The position numbers and the translations under genes are program-made. A stretch of DNA of 64,000 nucleotides from an uncultured Gammaproteobacteria bacterium (GTDB taxonomy: Bacteria; Patescibacteriota; Microgenomatia; UBA12405), in assembly GCA_964503465.1 (NCBI GenBank), contig CAZCYZ010000001.1, forward strand, positions 129,702 through 193,701, written 5' to 3'. The notes below the pieces were generated by a model. That model was not told where the DNA came from. It searched no databases and saw only the letters and a program-made list of their open reading frames with translations. Below, one piece after another: positions 46,755-56,137 of the stretch; the stretch's first letter is position 1; each line of letters begins with the position of its first letter.

Positions 46755-48887
46755 ATGGCCAGACGCGGGCGAAAAAAGAAAAAACACAGCACTGTTCCCA
46801 GTTTCCGTCTCCGCCCCGATACTGTTAATTCTATTTTCTTTATTTTTTTTCTTCTCCTCTCCATTGTCTCTGTTTTTTCCTTTCTCCAGATTGGTCCACT
46901 TCCTACCCAATACAATCTTTTTCTTTCTAAATACTTTGGTTTCGCCTCCGTTTTAATCCCTTTCCTTTTAGTCTTAGTTTCTTTTATTTTTACTAAAATA
47001 AAAATCCCTCTTAAAGAACCCAACGTTCCCTTGGGGTTTTCTTTAATGCTCATTTCCGTTGTTAGCCTTTTTCAGCAGGGGATAGTTGGTCGTTTTATTT
47101 GGGATCAACTCATTTATCTTTTTACCAGTCCTGCTATCGTTTTTTTGCTTTTCTTCTTTCTTTTCACAGTTGGCTTTGTGGTCCTCTTTGATACCTCAGT
47201 CGTTCAAATAGTTCGCACTGTTTTGCGGATCTTGGCTATTATTCGTAAATACACCCTCGGGTCTCGTTCCCGTCTCTCCTCAATCAAAAAACCAAATCGC
47301 GATGAAGCCATTTATGTTGAATCACCCAAAGAAAATGAAAAAGAGAAAGCTAATGACTTTGTTGTCGGTGTTCCTCCAGTTCTCAAATCCTCCTCCACTA
47401 CTCCCACTCTTCCTCTCAAATCTCCGCCGATTAATTCTTCCAGTCACCAGGTCTGGGAATATCCACCTATCACGATTTTTGAAGATCCTACTGGTACCAA
47501 GGCTGACCGCGGTGATGTCCGTCACAATGCTCAGACTATTGAGCAAACTCTTGATTCCTTCGGTATTACCGCTCGGGTCAAAGAAATCAACAATAGCCCT
47601 TCGGTGACTCAATATGCTCTTGAGGTTGCCCTGGGTACTAAGTTGGCTAAAATCATGAGTCTTAGTAACGACTTGGCTATGGCCCTAGCCGCTCCCGGTG
47701 GTCAAATCCGTGTCGAAGCTCCAATCCCTGGTCGTTCTTTAGTTGGCATCGAAGTTCCCAATCGTTCACTTGAAATCGTTCCTATCAGAAAAATTATTGA
47801 ATCCGACCCCATGAAGCATTCCAAGTCCAAGTTAGCCGTGCCCCTAGGTCTCGATGTTGGTGGTAACCCTCGAATTGCTGACATTACCAAAATGCCCCAT
47901 GTTCTTATCGCTGGTCAAACTGGCTCTGGAAAATCAGTTTGTGTTAACTCCTGGATTTGTTCACTCCTATTTCGTTCCTCTCCTGACGAAGTTAAACTAA
48001 TCCTTGTCGATCCCAAACGAGTCGAACTAACCCCATACAATGGTATTCCGCACTTATTAACCCCGGTTATCGTTGAACCAGAGAAGGTTGTTTCTGCCCT
48101 CAAATGGGCCGTTTCCGAAATGGAGCGTCGTTATAAGGTCTTCACCGAAATTGGCGCTAAAAATATTGAAAGTTTTAATGATATGTCGGGTTTCCAGTCA
48201 ATGCCATACATTGTTATTTTTGTTGATGAATTAGCAGAAATTATCATGTACTCTCCCTCCGAGGTTGAGGACAATATTTGTCGATTAGCCCAAATGGCCC
48301 GAGCCGTGGGTATTCATTTGGTTTTGGCCACCCAGCGGCCATCAGTCAATGTTATTACCGGCTTAATTAAAGCTAATGTTCCTACCAGAATTGCTTTTGC
48401 TGTTGCCTCAATGACCGATTCTCGGGTAGTGTTGGACACTCCTGGTGCCGAAAAACTTCTTGGTAGAGGAGATATGTTATATATCCCCCCCGATCTAGCC
48501 AAACCAATTCGTATTCAAATGTGTCTAATTACCGACGCCGAAACTAATCGCTTGATTGATCACCTCAAAAATCAGGCTAGTACTCAGCCACAATACAATG
48601 ACCAAATTACCAGCCAACCAGTTGCTAGCCCCACCTCCAAAAGCGTCAATCTTCAATCAGTCGATGGCGAAGAACGTGACGCCGTTTTTGATCAGGCGGT
48701 CGCTCTAATTCAGTCGTCAGGCAAGGCTTCGGCTTCCTTGTTCCAGCGTCATCTCAAACTTGGATATGCACGGGCTGCTCGTCTTTTGGACCAACTAGAA
48801 TCGGCTGGTATTGTTAGTCCCGGTCAAGGCGCCAAACCTCGTCAAATTCTTATTCCCCACACACCCTCTAGTGATGACGAAGCCTAA
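46755..48887 (+). CDS. ftsK: DNA translocase FtsK/SpoIIIE.
   Basis: N-terminal TM region, Pro-rich linker, motor domain (GQTGSGKS, DE..) and C-terminal winged-helix gamma domain. Confidence 0.9.
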   Translation: MARRGRKKKKHSTVPSFRLRPDTVNSIFFIFFLLLSIVSVFSFLQIGPLPTQYNLFLSKYFGFASVLIPFLLVLVSFIFTKIKIPLKEPNVPLGFSLMLISVVSLFQQGIVGRFIWDQLIYLFTSPAIVFLLFFFLFTVGFVVLFDTSVVQIVRTVLRILAIIRKYTLGSRSRLSSIKKPNRDEAIYVESPKENEKEKANDFVVGVPPVLKSSSTTPTLPLKSPPINSSSHQVWEYPPITIFEDPTGTKADRGDVRHNAQTIEQTLDSFGITARVKEINNSPSVTQYALEVALGTKLAKIMSLSNDLAMALAAPGGQIRVEAPIPGRSLVGIEVPNRSLEIVPIRKIIESDPMKHSKSKLAVPLGLDVGGNPRIADITKMPHVLIAGQTGSGKSVCVNSWICSLLFRSSPDEVKLILVDPKRVELTPYNGIPHLLTPVIVEPEKVVSALKWAVSEMERRYKVFTEIGAKNIESFNDMSGFQSMPYIVIFVDELAEIIMYSPSEVEDNICRLAQMARAVGIHLVLATQRPSVNVITGLIKANVPTRIAFAVASMTDSRVVLDTPGAEKLLGRGDMLYIPPDLAKPIRIQMCLITDAETNRLIDHLKNQASTQPQYNDQITSQPVASPTSKSVNLQSVDGEERDAVFDQAVALIQSSGKASASLFQRHLKLGYARAARLLDQLESAGIVSPGQGAKPRQILIPHTPSSDDEA

Positions 48888-48893
48888 CAACTT

Positions 48894-49487
48894 ATGCATC
48901 GTGCTTCAACCACTCTTTCCACTACTCGTCTCGACAAAGAATTAACATACGACGAAATTTCCAAAAGAACAAAAATTCCCATTAAGTACCTAGAAGCCAT
49001 TGAAGCGGAAAATACCCAAAATCTTCCCAATGAGCCCTACTGTTCCTTGATAGTCAAAGATTACGCTGAATCTCTTGGTCTCAATGGTTCTCATCTTCTC
49101 TCACTTTTCCGCCGTGATGTTCTTACCCCCAGACGTTTGCAACCAACTAGTCGGAAAATTTTGTCTTTTACTCCGCAGTTGGCCTTAACTCTAGTTATGA
49201 CTATCTCATTTCTGACTTTTGCTGGGTATTTATTTTACGAATACAACAAATTTAACCGCCCACCAAGTTTAAAAATCGATTGGCCCGAAAAAATCAACGA
49301 TTCTAAATTGGAAATTACTGGTATTACCGATCCAGAAGCTACTATTCGTGTCAATGACAGTTTAGTCATCGTCGACGCTAATGGCCATTTTTCCAAGAAG
49401 ATAAACATTGATACCAATCCTGCCAAGATTATCATTGAATCAAAATCTCGTGGGGGCAAAACCACCGTTGAAGAGAAAACCTACTAA
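48894..49487 (+). CDS. RodZ-like HTH membrane protein (cytoskeleton-associated).
   Basis: N-terminal XRE-like HTH (...ISKRTKIPIKYLEAIEAEN...YAESLGL), single TM, extracytoplasmic C-terminal domain. Confidence 0.5.
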   Translation: MHRASTTLSTTRLDKELTYDEISKRTKIPIKYLEAIEAENTQNLPNEPYCSLIVKDYAESLGLNGSHLLSLFRRDVLTPRRLQPTSRKILSFTPQLALTLVMTISFLTFAGYLFYEYNKFNRPPSLKIDWPEKINDSKLEITGITDPEATIRVNDSLVIVDANGHFSKKINIDTNPAKIIIESKSRGGKTTVEEKTY

Positions 49488-49505
49488 GTGTATAAATAAA
49501 CATAG

Positions 49506-49751
49506 ATGGACCCAACCCAAATAGTCATTATTCTCAGCTTGATTTCCATCACTGTTGTTTTTGTTGTTGTTGGTATTTGGCTAGTTCTTGTTCTTCGTGA
49601 AGCCAAACAAATTCTTGAAGATACTCACTCTATTACTTCTTCAGTCGCCAAACCAGTTAATTCTTTTTCCGAATTCTTGATGGGCTTCAAAAACGGCTTT
49701 ACTCTTTTCAACAAGTTTTTTCCCGACAACCAAGATGAGTCAAAGAAATAA
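49506..49751 (+). CDS. Small membrane protein (81 aa), hypothetical.
   Basis: N-terminal TM followed by a charged tail. Confidence 0.35.
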   Translation: MDPTQIVIILSLISITVVFVVVGIWLVLVLREAKQILEDTHSITSSVAKPVNSFSEFLMGFKNGFTLFNKFFPDNQDESKK

Positions 49752-50031
49752 TTCATGTGATTGTTGTTCATCTTCCTCTTCTGGTTTTGTTTTTGGTCTT
49801 ATTTGTGGTGCCATTATCGCCGCTCTAGTGGCCATTTATGTCTACCGTAATCCCAAGTCAGAAGTTTTCCAAAATCTCAAGAAAAAGTTTGACGAATTTT
49901 TTAAAACCAAATCATCCCCACCTCCAAAGAACCACAAAAAATCTGTCACCCTCCCTCCTATGTTGGCTGTTACCACCCCTCCTTCGGCTCCCAAGATCAA
50001 AGCTAAAAAGTTTCTCAAACCGAAGAAATAA
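49735..50031 (+). CDS. Small YtxH-like membrane protein, Lys/Pro-rich C-terminus.
   Basis: GLICGAIIAALVAIYVYRNPKS resembles the YtxH GxxxGAxxAxL...P(K)S motif. Confidence 0.35.
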   Translation: MSQRNNSCDCCSSSSSGFVFGLICGAIIAALVAIYVYRNPKSEVFQNLKKKFDEFFKTKSSPPPKNHKKSVTLPPMLAVTTPPSAPKIKAKKFLKPKK

Positions 50032-50061
50032 TCTCTCTCGTTTCTGTTATATAATTCCCCT

Positions 50062-51822
50062 ATGACTCCTCGGGATTTAAAGGACAAATTTGTTAAATTT
50101 TTTGTTAATCGTGGCCATGTCGAAATTCCCAGTGCTTCTCTCGTTCCCGAAAATGATCCAACCACTCTCTTTATATCCGCTGGGATGCATCCACTAGTTC
50201 CATTTTTACTCGGCCAGCCGCACCCTCTGGGTCAGCGTTTGGTTGACGTTCAAAAAAGCCTCCGTACCGGCGATATTGAGGAAACAGGGGATACTGTTCA
50301 CCACACTTTTTTTGAAATGCTTGGTAATTGGAGTTTGGGTGATTATTTCAAGAAAGAACAAATTGAATGGAGTTATGAATTCCTAACCAAAGAACTTGGC
50401 TATGACCCTGCAGCTATCCATGTTACCTGTTTCGAAGGCGATATCGATGCTCCAAAGGATGAAGAGTCGGCCGCCATTTGGGAATCAGTTGGAATTCCTA
50501 AAGACAGGATTCACTTTCTTCCCAAGAAAGACAACTGGTGGGGTCCGGCCGGATCTACTGGTCCTTGTGGTCCCGACACCGAAATGTTTGTTGACACTAA
50601 ACCAGAAGAAGGACCAATTGATTTTGTTGTCGGTTGTCAATCATGTCGGATCGTTGAAATTGGTAACGATGTTTTTATGCAATATAACAAAACTACTAAT
50701 GGTCAATATGTTCTTTTGCCTCAGAAAAATGTCGATACTGGTTGGGGAGTTGAACGCAACACTGCTATTGCCAATGGTCACGCCGACAATTATTTAACGG
50801 TCATATGGCAACCAATTATTAAAAAGATCGAACAACTATCAGGTAAAAAATACGACCAAGATCCTCGACCTTTCAGAATTATTGCTGACCATATCCGTGC
50901 GGCTGTTTTTGTTATCGCTGATGGTGTTGAACCCAGCAACAAGGAAAGGGGATATGTCCTTCGTCGTCTTATTCGCCGCTCGATCCGTCAGGGAAAACTA
51001 CTAGGAATCGAACATAACTTTATCGTTGCCATTGGTCGGGCGGTTCTTGATAATCAGGGAAATTACGCTGGGATCTATCCTGAACTAAGTCAAAACAAAG
51101 ACAAAATTTTAAATATTCTTGATCTTGAGGAAAATAAATTCCGCAAAACCCTAAACCACGGTCTTTCACAAATCCAAAGACTGATCGATCGCCAAAAGTC
51201 TGTTTCCGGTCAAGAGGCCTTTGATATTTATCAAAGTTTTGGTTTTCCAGCCGAAATGATTGAGGAAGAACTCAAGAAAAACAATTTAACCTTAGATATC
51301 GATGAGTTTAACAAATTTAAACTAGATCATATTGAAAAATCTCGCACCCTTTCTGCTGGTATGTTTAAATCCGGCCTGGCCGACCATTCTGAAGCCATGA
51401 CCAAATATCATACCGCCACTCATCTTCTTCACGCCGCCCTTCGTCAGATTCTTGGAACCCATGTTCAGCAATCGGGTTCCAATATTACCGCCGAGCGTCT
51501 TCGTTTCGATTTTTCCCACCCAGACAAACTTACCGACGACCAATTGGCTCAAGTTTCTAATTTAATAAACCAAAAAATAACCGAAGGGATTGAGGTTAAG
51601 GTTGACACCATGAAATTTGTTGACGCCAAAAATTCCGGTGCTCTAGCTTTTTTTGGGGCCAAATATCCCGAAGTTGTTACCGTCTATACCATTAATGGTT
51701 TTTCCAAAGAAGTCTGTACTGGTCCTCACGTCACCAATACCTCAAAGCTTGGTCAGTTCCAAATTATCAAAGAAGAGTCGGCTGGTAGTGGTAAACGTCG
51801 CATCTACGCTATACTAATTTGA
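50062..51822 (+). CDS. alaS: Alanyl-tRNA synthetase, short form (catalytic plus editing domains, no C-Ala domain).
   Basis: N-terminal AlaRS catalytic motifs (...FISAGMHP..., GNWSLGDYFK) and the editing-domain HTATHLLH...CTGPHV motif. Only 586 aa. Confidence 0.85.
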   Translation: MTPRDLKDKFVKFFVNRGHVEIPSASLVPENDPTTLFISAGMHPLVPFLLGQPHPLGQRLVDVQKSLRTGDIEETGDTVHHTFFEMLGNWSLGDYFKKEQIEWSYEFLTKELGYDPAAIHVTCFEGDIDAPKDEESAAIWESVGIPKDRIHFLPKKDNWWGPAGSTGPCGPDTEMFVDTKPEEGPIDFVVGCQSCRIVEIGNDVFMQYNKTTNGQYVLLPQKNVDTGWGVERNTAIANGHADNYLTVIWQPIIKKIEQLSGKKYDQDPRPFRIIADHIRAAVFVIADGVEPSNKERGYVLRRLIRRSIRQGKLLGIEHNFIVAIGRAVLDNQGNYAGIYPELSQNKDKILNILDLEENKFRKTLNHGLSQIQRLIDRQKSVSGQEAFDIYQSFGFPAEMIEEELKKNNLTLDIDEFNKFKLDHIEKSRTLSAGMFKSGLADHSEAMTKYHTATHLLHAALRQILGTHVQQSGSNITAERLRFDFSHPDKLTDDQLAQVSNLINQKITEGIEVKVDTMKFVDAKNSGALAFFGAKYPEVVTVYTINGFSKEVCTGPHVTNTSKLGQFQIIKEESAGSGKRRIYAILI

Positions 51823-53861
51823 TGTCCTCTTTTTGGTTAATTGTTCTTCATTCCACCCATCTCTCGGTCGTCCTAGTTGAAGGAGAACAGATTGTTGCCA
51901 CTGGCCCAAAAGTTGATTGGAACCCCGACGATGATTCGATAACCTTGGCTGTCGATCAATCACTTTCGCAAGCAGCCGAAAACCATAACCTATCCCCATC
52001 AAACGAGCCTACTCAAGCCGCTTTCGTCCTTCCTCCTGATTGGGTTGGTTCCGACGGCAAAATCACTTCTCGAATTCTGTCCAAAATTGAACTAGTCTGT
52101 CGCCAGCTAAAACTAGAGCCCATGGGTTTTGTTGGCCAGGATGAGGCCATTATTGAAAGTTTTAATTCCAATGGCGGTGTTCCTGCTAGTTTTGTTCTTA
52201 TCCATTTCGATCACCAAAGCTTTGATATCTCATTAATATTCTTAGGTCAAATCAAAAAACGTATTTTTCAGAGTTTCACTCCACCATTTACCCCCACCAT
52301 CCTTGAGTCAGTTCTCAATTCACTCGATCAAGATTCAACTCTTCCTCCTCGAATTATCGTTTTTGGCCACGTTTCCGAATCAGCCGTTACCGATCTGACT
52401 AATTATCCCTGGTTAAACAAACCAGATTTTAAGGCTTTTCTTCAACTTCCTGAAATTACTTATTATCCTGAATCCGAACTTATCAAGATCTATGTCGATT
52501 TAATACTTCACCAACTTCAACCACCATCCTCATCCGTTGCCTCCCCTCCACCACCTCCTCCGGAACCCGTTACTCCTCTCAACGAAGTCAGTCCCGAATC
52601 TTTTGGTTTTGGAGTAAACAATTCCGTTTTAAAGCCCGAAATCTCCCCCCCGACAATTTCCAACAGTCAACCCGTTAGACCTCCATCCCGCCCAACATTC
52701 ACTTTTCCCAAAATCAAGTTGCCTCATATTAGAATTAAACTCAAAACGAATTGGTTGTTCGCTTTCGTTTTTGTCCCGACACTATTACTAATTCCGTTTT
52801 TCTTTCTCAAAACACATCTTACTCTTTATATTAACCCTTATGTTTATTCACAGCAGTTTCCAGTCACACTTACCACCAAAATCTCCACCCTGGATACAAA
52901 TCAAAAATTAATCCCCGTCAAAGCCCAATCTTTTACTGTCACTGCCAGTGCCACCACTCCCTCAACTGGCAAGCTCACTATCGGCAATAAGGCTCGGGGA
53001 GAGATTACTATCTATAACCAACAAAACAAAGTCCAAAATATCGCCAAAGGTGCCATTATTACTGATCCAACTGGTAAAAAATTTGAACTTTTTGTTGCCA
53101 CCAACGTAGCTTCTAGTAGTTCCAATCTAGACGCTGGTATTGTCACCCTAGGCCAAACCAAAGCAACCGTAATTGCCGTTGACGTTGGCCCAGAGTACAA
53201 CCTCACCAAGGACACCAAGCTCATCTTCAAAGATTACCCCGACACTCTTCTTCTCGCTCGTTGCTCTCAGGCTTTTTCTGGTGGTAGTCGTCAGGAAGTA
53301 AATGCCGTTGCCCTTGCCGATAGAACCACCCTCGACCAAAAACTTCAGTCTCTATTAAATAGCAACATTACTGCCAAAATCGACCAAGAATTCAAAGCCA
53401 ATTCTGATATTATCAAGGAATTTTCCCAGACCAAAAAAAACCGTATTGATTTTAGTCGTGAGGTCAACGAAGAGGCAGATGAATTATCAGCTACCTTAAC
53501 TGCTTCAGTCACCCTTTTCTCACTTGCTATTCCCAAACCGCAAATTATTACGGCTTTCCTGGCCACTGACTCCACTCTTCCCCAGTTAAATTTTGATACC
53601 GATCTATCCTCCCTCAGTTTTCAGGTAAACAAATCTGATGCCAATCAAGCCTCGGCTGTTCTTAACATTCAAGGTCAGGCCTTACCCAAAATTGATATTT
53701 CCGGTCTCCAACGTAAACTTATATTTAGAACACCATCCTCTGCTGCTAAAATTCTTCAGCAACAAGTTGATCGTCTTTACGATTTCCGTCTTGTTCCAAG
53801 CTTTATTCTTCCAATCCGTCCTCAAAATATTATCATCGATATCAAAACCAACAATCAATGA
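51819..53861 (+). CDS. Hypothetical bitopic membrane protein: cytoplasmic N-terminal domain (possibly actin-like/PilM-FtsA-like fold), Pro-rich linker, one TM, large extracytoplasmic domain.
   Basis: IVLHSTHLSVVLVE..., AFVLPPDWV and SFVLIHFDHQSFDISLIF are reminiscent of PilM/FtsA strand patterns. PPPPPPEP linker. WLFAFVFVPTLLLIPFFFL TM. Overlaps alaS by 4 nt. Confidence 0.45.
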   Translation: MMSSFWLIVLHSTHLSVVLVEGEQIVATGPKVDWNPDDDSITLAVDQSLSQAAENHNLSPSNEPTQAAFVLPPDWVGSDGKITSRILSKIELVCRQLKLEPMGFVGQDEAIIESFNSNGGVPASFVLIHFDHQSFDISLIFLGQIKKRIFQSFTPPFTPTILESVLNSLDQDSTLPPRIIVFGHVSESAVTDLTNYPWLNKPDFKAFLQLPEITYYPESELIKIYVDLILHQLQPPSSSVASPPPPPPEPVTPLNEVSPESFGFGVNNSVLKPEISPPTISNSQPVRPPSRPTFTFPKIKLPHIRIKLKTNWLFAFVFVPTLLLIPFFFLKTHLTLYINPYVYSQQFPVTLTTKISTLDTNQKLIPVKAQSFTVTASATTPSTGKLTIGNKARGEITIYNQQNKVQNIAKGAIITDPTGKKFELFVATNVASSSSNLDAGIVTLGQTKATVIAVDVGPEYNLTKDTKLIFKDYPDTLLLARCSQAFSGGSRQEVNAVALADRTTLDQKLQSLLNSNITAKIDQEFKANSDIIKEFSQTKKNRIDFSREVNEEADELSATLTASVTLFSLAIPKPQIITAFLATDSTLPQLNFDTDLSSLSFQVNKSDANQASAVLNIQGQALPKIDISGLQRKLIFRTPSSAAKILQQQVDRLYDFRLVPSFILPIRPQNIIIDIKTNNQ

Positions 53862-54583
53862 CCTATATTTACGTCAAAAAAACACCACCACCTATTCGTC
53901 CCCAGCCTAGACTAAATCCGCCAACCCGTCGTATTCTTGCTTTGGTTCTTTTGTTGGCCGGTTTGGCTTTTTTAACCTCGGCCATTTTTCCCATCGTCCA
54001 GTTTCAATTAGCTTACGCCAATCGTTTCCGGGAAGTCATCAATCCGCTTTCAAGTCGCTTTTATAACCGTCAAGACAATGTTTTAGGAGATGTTGATTAT
54101 ACCCAACTTAATAACTGGTTTATTTCCAATTCAAACAACTCTACCCCGGGGACTTTAGCTTCTTCTCCATCCAACACCTACTACATTTCTATTCCCAAGC
54201 TCAACATTGATTCGGCCACTGTCGAGGTTGGCAGTCTCGATCTCAAACACAGTCTCATTCAATATCCTCAAACCGCTCTTCCGGGTCAATTTGGTAATTC
54301 AGTTATTTTTGGTCACTCCGTTTTGCCGCAGTTTTTTAACCCCAAATCATATTTAACTATTTTTTCCACTCTCTATCGTCTCAAGCAAGGTGATGAAATT
54401 TTTGTTGATTTTGATCAGATTCGTTATAAATTCTTAGTCGAAGAAATGTATGAAGTCCAACCAACCGACCTTTCAGTTCTCGAACAACGTTTTGATGGCC
54501 GTTATCTTACCCTCATCACTTGTAGTCCGCCCGGTACCTACCTCCGCCGCCTGATCGTTAAAACTCGCATTGTCGACATTTAA
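53858..54583 (+). CDS. Sortase-family transpeptidase.
   Basis: N-terminal TM, conserved His (VIFGHS), TLxTC motif (YLTLITCSP) and a downstream Arg. Confidence 0.75.
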   Translation: MTYIYVKKTPPPIRPQPRLNPPTRRILALVLLLAGLAFLTSAIFPIVQFQLAYANRFREVINPLSSRFYNRQDNVLGDVDYTQLNNWFISNSNNSTPGTLASSPSNTYYISIPKLNIDSATVEVGSLDLKHSLIQYPQTALPGQFGNSVIFGHSVLPQFFNPKSYLTIFSTLYRLKQGDEIFVDFDQIRYKFLVEEMYEVQPTDLSVLEQRFDGRYLTLITCSPPGTYLRRLIVKTRIVDI

Positions 54584-54595
54584 ATTATTTTTTAT

Positions 54596-54653
54596 TCTCC
54601 CTTTCCTCAAGGGGAGATGTCCCGAGCTTGTCGAGGGACAGAGGGGTTTTATT
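54596..54653 (+). repeat. Conserved hairpin + RBS module (copy 2), upstream of ruvX.
   Basis: TCTCCC-tttcctcaa-GGGGAGA, then a second hairpin (GTCCC..GGGAC), then AGAGGGGTTTTATT-ATG. Confidence 0.35.
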
Positions 54654-55025
54654 ATGAATTTACTCGGTATCGACTATGGCACCAAAAGGATTGGTCTAGC
54701 CATTGCTATCAACGGTGTTATCTCTCCGCTTTCGGTCATCGTCAACGATTCAAACTCCATCACCAAAATTCAAGAAGCAATCAATCAGCACCACATACAC
54801 AAAGTATATGTAGGGGTATCGGAAGGACACTTTGCCGTTATCACTCGCCAATTTGTTGAGAAGCTCACCCATGTGTTAAAATTACCGGTCGAGACCATCG
54901 AGGAGGCTGTTTCTACCATTGAGGCCGGACAAATTTATCGGCAAAATCGTGGTAAAAATAAGCATTACCAAGATAGGATTGACGCCATTTCCGCTGCAGT
55001 TATTCTTAATCGGTTATTAATTTGA
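54654..55025 (+). CDS. ruvX: YqgF/RuvX-like putative pre-16S rRNA nuclease / Holliday-junction resolvase-like protein.
   Basis: MNLLGIDYGTKRIGLAIA N-terminus. About 124 aa. Conserved position between alaS and mltG. Confidence 0.8.
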   Translation: MNLLGIDYGTKRIGLAIAINGVISPLSVIVNDSNSITKIQEAINQHHIHKVYVGVSEGHFAVITRQFVEKLTHVLKLPVETIEEAVSTIEAGQIYRQNRGKNKHYQDRIDAISAAVILNRLLI

Positions 55026-55031
55026 CCTCCA

Positions 55032-55229
55032 ATGATCAAAAATTTAATTGCCCCAATCCAAGCCTGGTTGTTATCTCAAGGACGTTGTGTCGGCTGCGGA
55101 ACTGATCTTTCTCAAGGAACCAAAAAGGAAGTTCGCGGCAAAACCACAGTTACCTGTCGTTGTGGTCGTATTTTTATCCACGATCCCGTCAAAAAGTCCT
55201 ACCGCCGAGCCTTGTTTGATGAAGTTTAG
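55032..55229 (+). CDS. Small zinc-ribbon protein (65 aa).
   Basis: CVGCG...CRCG Cys pairs. Confidence 0.4.
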   Translation: MIKNLIAPIQAWLLSQGRCVGCGTDLSQGTKKEVRGKTTVTCRCGRIFIHDPVKKSYRRALFDEV

Positions 55230-55231
55230 TC

Positions 55232-56137
55232 ATGAAAAAGGCCCTCTTGTTTTTTCTGGTTGTTATCTTCGCTGCTGTCGGTTTTGTTGTCATTTCGCTT
55301 CAACCAGTTTCTTCATCAATTCAACCCCAACAGTTCGTTATTAATCAAGGTGATAGTCTCAACCTCATTGCCTCCAGACTTTATTCAAGCAAGCTTGTCC
55401 GTAGTCGTTATGTCTTTATTATTTGGTCGTACCTAAAAGGTCTTAATCGTCGTCTTCAGGCCGGATCTTTTGAGCTTCTTCCGTCTCTGTCAACTCCGGA
55501 TATTGTCCTCAAGCTTTCCACGGGTGGCAGTCATGATTATTGGTTAACTATTATTGGTGGTAGTCGGCGTGAGGAAATTTCCCCACCACTAACTGGTGCC
55601 AGTGAGGGCTACTTATTTCCCGACAGTTATCTAGTCCCACGCGACTTTACTCCATCGGAAATTCTTGAGGTTATCAATCAAAACTTCCAAAAAAAATTTG
55701 CTCAGGCTAAACTTTCCCAAACTACTTCTCTTACCGATTCTGAAACCTTAGTTCTTGCCTCTCTTCTCGAACGTGAGGCCCGACTTCTTCCCACCAAACA
55801 AATGATTGCTGGCATCCTTCTTAATCGCCTCCAGATCAACATGGCCCTCCAGGTTGATGCCTCAGTTCAGTATGCTCGTGATAATCTCAAAAAACCCACC
55901 AAATACTGGCAACCGGTAACCAAAGCCGACCTTAAGATTAGTTCTCCCTTTAATACTTATCTTTATCCTGGACTTCCTCCTGCTCCCATTTGCAACCCTG
56001 GTTACGATTCTATCTTCGCCGCCTTTCATCCCACTCCCTCAAAATATCTTTTCTATATCACCGACGATTCGGGTCAAATCCACTACGCCCAGACTCTTGA
56101 CGAACACAATGCCAACATTGCTAAATACCTACGTTAA
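55232..56137 (+). CDS. mltG: Endolytic murein transglycosylase MltG (YceG-like).
   Basis: N-terminal TM, LysM-like region and the YceG signature ...YPGLPPAPICNPGYDSIFAAFHPTP. Confidence 0.8.
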   Translation: MKKALLFFLVVIFAAVGFVVISLQPVSSSIQPQQFVINQGDSLNLIASRLYSSKLVRSRYVFIIWSYLKGLNRRLQAGSFELLPSLSTPDIVLKLSTGGSHDYWLTIIGGSRREEISPPLTGASEGYLFPDSYLVPRDFTPSEILEVINQNFQKKFAQAKLSQTTSLTDSETLVLASLLEREARLLPTKQMIAGILLNRLQINMALQVDASVQYARDNLKKPTKYWQPVTKADLKISSPFNTYLYPGLPPAPICNPGYDSIFAAFHPTPSKYLFYITDDSGQIHYAQTLDEHNANIAKYLR

